DNA from: Lama glama
Lineage: Eukaryota
Length of the DNA stretch: 64,000 bases
NCBI GenBank assembly: GCA_028534125.1
Contig: CM052844.1
Coordinates: 248,001 to 312,000, forward strand
Direction: 5' to 3'
Every line of letters begins with the position of its first letter. Positions within the stretch are counted from its first letter, which is position 1. The position numbers were made by a program, and so were the translations under genes. The notes below the pieces were generated by a model that saw only the letters and a program-made list of their open reading frames with translations, had not been told where the DNA came from and did no database searches. Shown piece by piece: positions 46,981 to 58,900 of this stretch.

Positions 46981-49900
46981 CTGTGGGAGAAGCATGTGAG
47001 GCACTCGGCTCGCGGTGAGGCCCCCTCTCCTGGTGCTGCCCCCAACCCGACGGCCCCTCACCTGCCCGCGCTCACCTGGGCCCCCGGCCATCCGCTGCAC
47101 TCCCCTCGCTGGATGGAGTGGACTTGAGCGCGCGTCCCCGCTGGGCCCCCGGGGCCTCAGGCTCACGGGGCCTCCGTCCCCGCTCCTCCTCCTCCTGCTC
47201 TTCCGGCCGCCTCCTCTCACTGTCGCTGTCATCACTGCCTTCTCCTAGGATGTCATCCACCTGACGAAGGGCCGAGGGCAGCACACTCTGAGACTGACGT
47301 CCCCGAGAGCCCAGAGATGTCCCTCGCCCAGGGATGAACCCACAGCAGCAGCACGGCCCCAACCGCCTCCCAGAACTCCGAAACGGGGCCGCAGTCAGGT
47401 GCTCGCAAACAGCGCCAAGGACCGTCAATGGGGCGCGTGGACGGACGATGGCCCAGGCCGTCCTCTCCTCTGTGCCCACCTCACTGGGCCCTGGGTCCCT
47501 GAGGGAGACCCGGGTGCAGGCCACGCAGAGCCTGACCCTGATGGGGCTCTGCCTCCAGCACACTTCAGGGCCCACGGTGAATGAGCAGGGCGTTCGTCTA
47601 AACCGAGGCTGAGGCGGGGAGGCTCCCATCAGCTGGAGAGCCAGGCCAACCAGGTGGCACCCCCTCAGAGCCCCTCCTGGGGAGACACGGAGCCGTAGGG
47701 GATGGCAGGGGCGCCTGGGGTGAAGCTCCGGAAACGCTCACTGAGGCTCCCCTGGGGCACCGGCCCCACCGCGCGGTGGCGAGATGTCTCAGAGGAAACC
47801 AGCGACCGCTCACGGGACTGACGGCGCGCGTGCGGCGGCGGCCTTGCGGGGCCACAGGACGGCTTTTGGACACTTTGGTTAATTCGTACTGAAGCCTTAA
47901 GCCACCAGACAGCAAACCCGTGTCTAAGGCCTCAGTTTCTCTAGTGAAACGTACTCATGTCCACACACAAACTCGCTCTGCGGACAGGTAGTGCTCACTG
48001 GTCCAAAGCTACCTTCACAGTCAGTGAAGACAAAGCACCCACGAAACGCCACGAAACTAAGTCTACGTCCTCCTCGACAGGAGCTGCCATGGAAGTGAGA
48101 GGAAACCGCCAGCAGGCTGCACCCTCGGGGGAGAGGCCAAGGCGGGCCTGCACCCTCGGTGGGGAGGCACTTGGGGAAGCACATGCGAGGAGGCACACGC
48201 GGGGAGGTACATGCGGGCACGTACACGCGGGGAGGTACACGCAGGCCCACACACGTGGGGAAGCACGCAAGGGGTGGTGTGCACAGGCTGGGCCGGCTCC
48301 CTCACTGATGTTCGCACCATGGCCCATGTGGCACACGAGCCTCCACTCAGCACAAAGCTCCTTCACGTGAACCAAGATACACAAGGATAACTGGCATCGA
48401 CAGGACAAAGAGCTAAGATGATCACGCTAGATGCACGTTACGTTTGTAATTCTTTTACAGAAGCAAGGAGGAGATTCTGTCTTAGACCTTGGGTTTGCAG
48501 AGACACTGACCTAAGATGCCAGCCTGTGCCTGGTGCATCCAAGGACAGCACGCACTTAACCAACAGTCCACGGGAAGCCACGCTACGCCACCTCGTGACC
48601 TTCTGTGCTTTCCCCTGAGAGGAGCCGAGACTCTGGCCGCAGAACAAAGAGGGGCTGGACGTGAAGGGAGCGGGGATGGCTCGGGGGCTGCGGGGCTTGG
48701 AGAGGGGTCTGCGCTTCCAGATGCCCTGGCTGTGGGGCCCCAAGATGAGGTCTCAAACGTTCAGAGCAGGCAGGCTCACCCAAGAACCAAGCACCTGTTT
48801 GCTGGTCACAGCCTGCAGCGAGAGCCCCCTCTGGTGGATTGAAATACAACTGCAACGGGCTCAGAGTCACTGCACGGGGGCCGTGGGGCCCCAGGGATGA
48901 GGTGTGGGGTGGGCACGGGGCTCCCGGGACAGGGCGTTGGGGGGGGACCTCGTATTTGACTCCATCACACCTCGCAGGACCCTCCACTCATGGAACAGAG
49001 GAAAGCACGCCCACCTAACAGTCGTACAGAACGACGCCAGGTGACCTGAAGCAGATCTTGTGATTCCCAGAACGTAACTGTGTTTGCAACATGTTTTCAG
49101 CAGAAAGCCCACTGAAGGAACAATGTCATTCAACGGGAAAATAATCTGCTGATAAATCGAGAAAAAGCACAAAAAGTAGGCCCACCAGTTAGGTCTCCAG
49201 TGTACAGATGGCTCTACAGAGACCAGAAGGGACCTGAGAAGGCTCTGTCCTCAGCGATCTCTAAAGAGCAGGAACCTCTGCTTAGAAAACTGACCTTGAC
49301 TCTGGCAGATGCACGGCAGTTTTCTGCCAGGGCCTATCTCAGTTCAAGGAGCCTTCTGGGGTTTTCTCCTAAAACTTACCTCAACACTGACCAGTGAGCC
49401 TCACCGCTCCTGCCTCCTACTCTCAGGGGAGACTGAGCCGGCAGAATCGAGCCCCCGCCTCTGAGATCGGGACTCGCTCTGGGACCTGCCTGGGGAGGGA
49501 GCGCTCGACGCCGACACATTCCCTACTGTATGAGGGGTCTTATTCGCTCTCTCGCCCTCTCTACAGCCTAGTGAGCGCAGACCCCTCGTGGGATTCGATG
49601 ACGCAGGCGGAAGCATCCCCATCTCACGGGCAGGGCTCACGGCCAGCACGCGCTGAGAACTCTGTCCGCCAGGCCTGCGGTCTCCCGGCTGCTAAGGCCA
49701 GAGCCCTGCTTTGGAGGCTCCCTAAGGCTTTCTGAGGGCAGGCGCCTCCCAGGAGAAGCCATGAGGCTGACCACTGGGACAGATCACTGAATGTGAACGG
49801 AATGTGCCTGCCGCCCCAGTGGTCCCCAGAGGTCCCGAGGACAACGCCCACCCACGCGGCACAGCGGGCAGCGGCTACGGCTCCTCACACGCCTCGGAGG

Positions 49901-52900
49901 TGAGAGTCTGAGGGGCGTTGGGCAGCGTCCGTCCTGACCAGGGCCTGGCTGGGGACTCTTGAGGGCTATGTTTACACATCGGTCCTTGCGAGGAACGTTC
50001 AGGCCAGGAGTAATGAGCACAAGCACCCACAGGGCCTGGCCCTTCTCTGGAGGGGCCTGGCTGTGACAGCCTGGGGGCCGGGGGGGCTGGGGGGGTCCAG
50101 GGCAGGCCGACGTGAGGGCCCGAGGCTGCTCGCGTGGGCAAGACACGGGCAACTGGTTGCAGAATCACCCCCAGTTCAGGCGTGTTTTGCTCCCAAGGAG
50201 AATCCCCTCTGCATTTAACCTTCAGTTCGGAGGGGATTCCATTGCCCAAACCTTCTTAGTGGTGTAACAACAAAGTACCAGTCTTCTGAGTGTGTTTCAG
50301 CAGTCCGTGTGCACCCGAGACGGCAGTAACTGGGGTCTCTCACCCTCAGCGCTGCTGACACTGTGGGGGCCGCCTGGCACCCCGGCCCCACCCACTGCAC
50401 ATCAGGAGCCCTCATTGGAACGATGACCCACACGCTGCCAAGTGGGCCGGGGGGGGCGGGGGGGGGCGCGCACAGTCAGGCCCCACGGTTGGAATCACAA
50501 ACCCGACTTTGGAAGTGGACTCAGACTGCATGCTGACGGCCCCCCGGTGCTGCCGTCCACCTCCTCACATGTGCCCTGGGGAGGGGACGGGCCGGCCTCA
50601 CCTCTCTGTCCATGCTCTCCAGGTCCTCCCGGCACAGCGTGTACAGTGGCATTGTCTCCGACAGGCTGGGCTGGCGCTTCCTGCGCGGGGGGCCGGGCGG
50701 CTCCCCATCCTGATGGTCTGGCACGTCCTCACCAAACATCGGCGGTGGATGTGGCTGAACAGCCCTGAAACGAATTTCACAGGCCCCACGTGAGGAATCG
50801 GTCTGAGCTCACTTCCAGCCCCGACGCAGACGCCTGACCCTGGGAACAGGTGTGCAAACATGCACAGACCGTTTCAGCCGTGAAGACACGCTGTCTTGTC
50901 GGCAGTGCCTGCCCGGGCTGCATCAGTTTGCTTACGAACTGCAACCTTGGCGGGTCCAGCCCGACCACGGGCAGCCCAGGCTCACGCCTCCTCCAGCGAA
51001 AGCGAGCATCTACCTTCTCCTGCCAACACACTGAGGCTCACAGCCCGGCCGCCCTCATCTCAGAGCAAAGGGCAAGTATGGGGAGACGGTGAACAGAGGT
51101 CCCGCTCTTGACCTGGTGCCAAGTCTGTGCCCGCCTGGCCCCACGTCCTGGCTCCACACTTCATACTCCAGTCCATGACCCGCTGCAGCCAGTGGAGCCC
51201 ACCCCCTGCAGTAACCAGGGGGCACCAGAGTCAGACACTCACGGACACATCCCCCCACGTGCCTGTGGTGACCGCGGGAGGCTGGGACCCCGACAGCCGC
51301 CCAGCAGTGACGATGGCCCCACAGGGGTCAGCAGCGCCTGCAAGGGACCTCGACCCCCCCCCAGCAGAGTCGAGGTGAGCTGTGCCCCTACTTCTGCTGC
51401 TGAAGCAGAGCAGTGAACGCAGCCACACAGAGCATCACAGGAGGTCCTGACTGTCACGACGAGACGGGAGACTGTTCAGGGTTCAACCAAAAATCTCTGA
51501 GAAGCAGGGAGATCGCAAACTGAACGAGAAGGGCAACCAGGAGATGTCAACTCTGAGGTGACAGAAATGACGGAATTACCTGATGAAGATTCTTAAGTAT
51601 CCATGATAAAAAAATGCTTCAACAGGCGATTACAAGCACACTCAAGGTCTGTGTTATTTCCCGTAACTGTCTGTGAATCTACAATTACCTCAAAATAAAA
51701 CCTTCAAGAAAACAAAATGTTCACAACTTACACAACACAGCTGATGACAGATAAATTACAAGGGGTCTAGAATTTCAGACGTTGTCCGAGCAGGGAAGTA
51801 TGTTTGATTTCCAACTCTGTGAACCCAGACTCCTTCCCAGCCCTGCGTCTCCTTGTGGGACGCCGCTCCACTCCCCCGCACAGGCACCTGTCACCTCCAC
51901 CTGCAGACACCCCTGCGGGAGGCCCAAGGCTTAGGCCCAGTCACCACCCCTCGGAGCCTCGCACATCCCACGGACGGCCCCGGCCCTGGTTCTGGCTCGG
52001 GGTGGCTCCAAACTGCACCTGCCAACTGCTCCCGTGTCCAACGCTCTCCCTAAGCGCTCCACACAGAGGAAGCTTGTGCGAGAGCACGTTCACGCCTGCT
52101 GACCACAGCCAGGGAGACCACACCACAAGGACCTCTGCTCCCAACCCCCCAAGGTGCCAGTAGACTAGCCCGCAACCAAAGCATCAAAGCAAAAATCACA
52201 GAAACTGAGCATCCTCAGAGCCTTCGCCCGGGAGAGCCCGTGGAAGAGCCGCAGCTGCCCGGAAGCCTGGCACCTGTCACAATAAGGCCCACGCGGGCTC
52301 CAGGCTTAGAACACTGCTGAGTCACAAGCCTGGGAGGCGAAGGGAGGGGGCCCCCCGCCCTGGGCACACGGGTGTGGGTCAGCTTCCGGAGGCAGGAGCA
52401 GCAGAGCCAAGGGCTGACTGCGCAAACAGAGGCAGACGGACCAGGCACAGACGTGTCGGGCACAGCACGCCATCAGATAAACGGGAGGCTCTCGGTCTGC
52501 TCGGAGCGCTGCTGCTCTCCTGCGGAGATGGGCCACTTCACCAGCTTCGGAAGCAGAACCACCCACAAGCCGTCGACCGCCTGCCAGTCTTAGGAGAACG
52601 TACGGTCTCCTGCACACGTGAGTGGGGCGAGGATGGAGCGTAACTCGCGAGACGAAGGCTATCTAGAAGACGTCTCCGGCCTCCTCCGAGGAGATGGTCT
52701 CCATCGGGGCAGCGTGCTGGTGCGGCTGGAGCAACGCTGCCCCCTTCACAGAGTTCACGGAATAACCGGACAGTGAACCATGTTACTGTCCCTCTGTGTA
52801 CCTAAGTGGTTGGACGAGAACTAACAAAAATCAGTGCTTTGGTGGGGATCACACTTTCAAGTTAAAAAAAAGAGAAAATTTCACCGAAAGTCAACTCATT

Positions 52901-55900
52901 AGAATAAACCCCAGCCCAACGCGTGTGTTTTCCTCAGGAAAGACAGGCAGAGCTGAAGCCTCTCTTTTCTGCACCACGTGGGACTGAACTGCGACTGTTC
53001 ATGTAAATCACACACATTTCGGGACAAGTCCGGGCCCTCCGCGCCTCATCGACAGCACCGTCACACAAGTGGGAGGAAGCCCCTCACGTCTGCGCGGTTG
53101 TTTCCAGACAGCACTTAACTGCTCCCTCCTGTCTCAGAAGCTCCTCGCCTGCCGCCACTGACTCCCAGCGAGGCTGAGCAGTTGAAAACCCACTGCTGTA
53201 CATAATTTTTAAATATGCCAAACAGTTTAATATGCCTTTGTTCTTCACATTTAAGAGAAACGAGCCAAATGTTTGTCACTTTATTTTCAGCGTGAAGCAG
53301 ATCTAAAGCCAGGACTCACTCGGGTAAACGTCAGCACAGGACTGACCTGGGGCTGCTTTAAGCTACGCAAACGCTATTGTAAAACTGCAATTTAAGAACT
53401 GTCATTTCTGTGTCATTTTAACACACAGATCCTTCCTGGCATCTCCTGCATCCTTCTAATTCAAAGTACAGCATCTGTAGGCTGTCCCTGCAGCGGAAGC
53501 CTGAACCACGCTGCCGGGAGGACCCTGGTGAACACAGCGCTCGGAAGGGGGACAGCCCCGTGCTCCGCCGTCCCTCATTTCCAGTGTCGTGAACCACGGT
53601 GTCGTTTTACTCCTGGGGGGGTCATCTGAGCTAATCTGGGCAGTGACCATCGCCAGGCGGCCCAGGGAGGTTGTCAACTCCCCAGAGGCCAGAAGTGTTC
53701 AGGTCAAATCAAGACTCACACAGACGGAAGATGAAGACCACAACAGCACCTCCTCGTGCTCATCTCTGTGTCTGTGCCACCACTGCCACCTGAGTTGGAA
53801 ACCCCAGACTCGCCACAGGCCCCCAGGGCTGCCCGCACGGGGACACGGTACTCTCGGAGCCCAGTCCCTGGCCTCCCTGTCCCATCACGACAGCCACCAC
53901 AAGATCGTAGCCTGGGAGCCTGTGATGCACCCCAGGGCACTTCCTGAAGGAGCCGTGGCTGTTCAGGGAGCCGCCAGCACCTGCCTGCCTTGTCCTTGCC
54001 CATTGACACCCCCTCTTCCACGAGCCACAGGCCAAGGGCGGGAGGCCACCCCACTGCGAAGGGCAGGGCTGCTCGTGGGGCTGGGGCTCCAGACACAAGG
54101 GCATGCATCCCCGTCCTTGGTGAACCACGGCGTCTCAGTCCAGCACCGATCCCCGCGGTAAACCCAACACCAGGCGTTTCGGGGACTGCTCGCCCCTACG
54201 AGTGAAACTTACCAGCACCCCCGCCCACCAGCCCAGGAAACCAGGAGGAGCAGGTACAGAGTGCACGGAGGCGGGGCGCTGTCAGGCGCTGTCGGGGGTT
54301 TCCAGGCAAGACAGGTGGCAGGGAGCAAACTGGGGAGAGTGCAGCCCTGTGCCTGCTAGGGGAGCGTCAGGGGCTCCTCCCAGGACACCACCAAAGGAGC
54401 CTCGTTCTCTTCTGCTTAACAGACAGCTGTCTCTTTGAAGGCTGACGGTGCCCCCAAATCTGGAGACGGTGCAACCACTGTGTGAACGCCCAGCTTCCTC
54501 AGTGCCTGGCCCAGCTCCCGTGTGCTGGCAGCCCCTCGGCTCTGACACTGCGGGTGGCCCGGCCATCCAGACAGGCCTGGAGGTCTGGAAGGGGCTGTGC
54601 TAATGTGTCCGCCCCCAGGAGACCTGGCCCCACCAGCACCCCTCACCGCCTGTGCCTCCCGAGCATGCAAGGCCCCGAAGACGAGCATCTCCCTTTCCTC
54701 ACTCACAGCATCTCATGATCTACGAATGTTACTACCCAAATGAGCTGGTGGCGACTACAAAAGCAGCTCTTAACTTTCTTGCTACACAAAAACATTAAAC
54801 CTTAAGAGATAAAAATCCATTCTTTAATTGTACACGTTACAATTTACATTGTGGTGCCACTTAATGGTACATCACGGCACGAACACACCATTAACGCCAG
54901 CGTTAACGTGTAACACACACACTATTACAGGACAGGTCGTAAAACAGGCTTTTTCTCATCTCTGGTCTTTAAAAAGCTGAACCACGCCGTGCTCATCCTG
55001 GCTTCTCCCTTGTCCAGCCCGTGGCCGGGAGTTGTGGCGGCCGGGGCCTTCCCTGCTGACCCCCGTGCGGGGTGCACGCCCCAGGTATCCTCCTCCCGCG
55101 TCGCCTTTCACGCGCCTGGTTTCCGTCTCTCCAGTCACCCTGAGGCCCTGCACTTGTCAGTCTGGGCGCCTGTCTGCCTGTCGTCACGGGTTGCAATTCT
55201 CTGCGGAGATGGCTCCACCTTCCCACCCGGCCTGCTGTCCTCCCAGCACATCAACGCAGTGACACCGTCTCTAAGGCCCCTCCACCCTCCCATCGGGGGT
55301 CTGCTCCGATGGCCTCTAATCCCAACCTTGCCTCAGAGCCCTGGGGGCACCGCCATGGGCATGGCTTCATCCACGCTGGACACACGAGACACGCCCTCAG
55401 GAAGGGCTCTGCCGGCTTGCTCCTCTCAGGCGTAGGAGAAGCCCCGCCGTGCAGGGTGCTGGCCGATACCCTCCCATGGCTGGTGCGCCCGCTCGTGAGA
55501 CTTCTGGCCATCTGCAGTGGGAGGACCAATCCCATCAGAGCAGTGCCCTCTTACCAGGACCAGAGCCCTTCCACCTCAGGCCTGGTGCCCTCAGTCTGTG
55601 GGCAACTCTTGCAGCGAGAGCCAGTCACCGCACAAGCGGGCTCGGGCTGAGAATTAACATCGGCACTGGACCATCACTGTTTCCTGCTGGGGAAGGTGTG
55701 AGAAGTGGTGGCGGGACTGGCTCTCCCCACCTGTTCCCCGGCCCCTCCCTGAGTGCGAGCTCACACCCTCCTCCACCAGGAGGGCAACTCCAGTGCGGGT
55801 GGCGGTAAGGCTCTCCCTGCCGTCCCGCAGGCTAACTGACCGTGGCCTGTGTCCCCGACAGCCTCGAGGCTGCAGGCTCCTCAGTTGTGACCCTGGGAGC

Positions 55901-58900
55901 AGTGAGCCAGCAGGGCCTGCACCCACGGCCCCCGCGCTTGGAACCTGTGAGCGCAGGGGCCTGGGTCCACGTCCCTGAAGGCCCCTGCAGGCAGCACCCA
56001 CAGTCCTGCCTGGGGAGGGTCCCCCTTGGAGGTGTGTCCTGCACACCCACTGGGTTTACTTTCAAACGGAGGAGCCTCAGAAACAAGGGTGATGCCCCGT
56101 TCAGAATGCTTCAGTGGAGCAATGACTGCACGAAGACGAACACTACGTGGTGACAAATGGACCATCCTGACCCACAGGTCTGCACACGTGAGGAGTCTGA
56201 GGAAGGGGCGACAGGCCTCTGTTTCGGGTGCCGATGTCCTCAGGGACAGTAAAATACAGAGCTATAAGCCCAAACCCGAATCTCCTGCGGGAGCTCCCTC
56301 AGGCACTGGGACGCTTCTGCCCTGAAGGCAAGGTCCCCACAGCAGGAGCGCGGCGTCGCGGGCCTGGGCTGGGCCTTCCCTCAGCCGCCTGCCACCCGCT
56401 CGGCGCCGGTGACAGAAAACGCCCAAATGTCTACTCTGTCCTGGGGCCTCAGGTAAGCTACGACTCAAAAAACACGGACTTGAAATAATGCCAGATCAAC
56501 GTAACATGTTTAAAAAGAAGGCGGAGGACAGGAGGAGCAAAGTGAGAAACTCCTCGAGAAGACCCGACAGTGAAAACCGCAGCTGTAACCGGGACTACAG
56601 AGAGAACCCCAGCCCCGGCGGCTCGGCGAGAGCCATGGAGGTCCCCCCGGCACCTCGGCGGGTGGCGTCATCTTCAGAACACACTTCTACCCACAACAAA
56701 CGTTTCCCCGACGACACAGCCACAAGGCGTCAGACCCCAGTAAGGCAAAGGGAGTCCATCCGGGATGTAAGCAGCCGCCCGACGTAAGACCCAAAAGGCT
56801 GACCGGTGTGCGTGGGGGGCCCCCCGGCAGCTGGAGACGACCGCTGGGGACGTCTGCCTCCACTCCCCACCGGGCGGGCGGGTGTGAGGGGCCAGCACTG
56901 GACGGAGGGCGAGGGCGGGGCCGGGTCCTCCGGGTGGGGCCACGGACCCTAGTGAGTTTTTGGAAAACAACTGACCCCGTTTGTTAAGGACAAGGGTACA
57001 CGTGCCCTTCAGCCCAGCAGCCCTGCTCTCGGGAAGGAACTCGCACGTAAACAGAAGCACAGACGTCGCCACGTGTCTCTTCAAATGACTAACCGTCACT
57101 GGGAGAAGATGGAGGCTTCATCAGTGACGACGCCTTCGCTTGAAAACAACAGAACAAACCACCAATCAAGTAGCCCAAGTCAAACTGGCCTAAGAGGCCG
57201 AACAGGGCGTCTGTCCGCTCACGTGTGGAGCCCAGCAGCGGGGCCAGCAGACGCCCACGTCCACTCTGCACACGCCAGCCCTGGTTCGCAGCGGCCCCGC
57301 AGCGTCGCTGTGGCCAGAGGGTGTGGAGTCACTGCCCACCCACAGAGCACTCTGGTGGGCCCCGCCGGTCAGTGCAGGCAGGTCAGCCTAGGCCCGAGGA
57401 GTCAAGGCAGAAGGAGCCGGCTGCCACATGTGGGCTGGCTCTCGGGAAGGGCTCTGGGCTCCAGAGAGCAGGGGACCCAGAAGCAAGATGACACGTGTCC
57501 ATCACACACAGTTCACAGCGACGGCCACTCACGGAAGACAAGACAGAGCTTCGGACCCTCGTTTGAACCTCAGGGTGTCCTAAGGTGCCTCACCAAGTGC
57601 TGTGTAAGGCCCTCAGCCCGGCAGAGGTCCTCCACACACAGGGAGGAAACAGACACTTGTGGAGACGTGGGTGGAGACCACTGGCCATGCTCCTCTCAGG
57701 GCAGTGCCATCCCCACCCACCTGCACTCCTGCTCACAAACTGCCCCAGCCGCCACGACCCTCAGTTTGACCCGAGTCGGAAGTGGGACAGGGAGGCTGGG
57801 CCTGCTGAGGGCGGGAGCCGCAGAGCAGAGCTGCTCCTGATGGCCCGAGCAGGACCCTCCTCCCTCGTGACAGTTCTCTCCGTCCTGCAGGGGGGACAGG
57901 CCTGCAAGGGCGAGGCAGGAGGGTCAGATCCCGCCGCCCAAGGCCTGCCTCCGCTGGGAGGACATGGGCTGGCACCCCGACACCAAGCAAAGGCTAAACC
58001 ACGGACTCGACTTCCCAGTTCTGGGACCCAAGGCAGGACAGGGAACGTGGAGAAAGGCCCCACGTGGACATGCGTGAGGAGCATGCCCCAGCCCGACCCT
58101 CATGCGCGGACCACCAGCGCCCCAGCGCGCTACCTGCTGGCTGAGCCCACGTACCTGAAGGAGGAGAGCTCTGCGTGGACGGGCAGGGAGCCGGGGGGCC
58201 CGGGGCCCGCAGCGCCCTTCCGAATGAGCCTGCCCGTGCTGGCGTCGTACACCCGAGCCTCGGGGCCGGGCAGGGCCTTGGGATGGACGGGCGTCGGGTG
58301 GAACAGGGTGGTGGGAAGCACACCCTGCCTGTCGGGAAAGGCTGCCGGGCCGTCCTCCCTGCAGGATGAGAACGAGGGCCATGAGGAGGGGCTGGCACTG
58401 ACGTGGGACCCAGCAACCTCTGCTCAGGCTGGGAGCTGAGCCCTCCTGCCCGCGGTTCCTCCCTCCATGTCTGCACGTGAGGACACGGTTCTTCCTAAGT
58501 AAGCCTGGGCCCCCCGAGAGGTGGGCATGGGGGCCACCCTGCTGTCTCTGGTGCTTCCCCTCCAAGCACGGAATTGACTCTGCCCAGACAGGAGCCCTAT
58601 CAAAGTTGCCTCAATAGAAACAGGCCTGCACGGTGCACCCCCACCCCCGGCTGCCCCTGGGGACTCACGACCTGCCAACCGGTCTTCTGCCCCGCCCCAG
58701 TCCCGCTCACCACCTCCCTCCACGTCGGACCCCACAAAGGCTTTGTGACTTGTTACAACCACATCCTAGCCACAAAGGAAAGACACACAAACTAAGCTTT
58801 GTTGCTAAAAGCCACACTGTGTCTCAGAAAAGGCAATTTTGTTCCTTCCCCAGGAAGCAATGCTCAGAGGTGCTTTTCAAGATGACCTGCTTGGAGCCTG

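Noticed and set aside
57073-58439. Long + strand ORFs (255 and 284 aa) in CTDP1 intron 10 and exon 10
   Set aside because: GC-rich, low-complexity translations, partly antisense to exon 10; no domain features.
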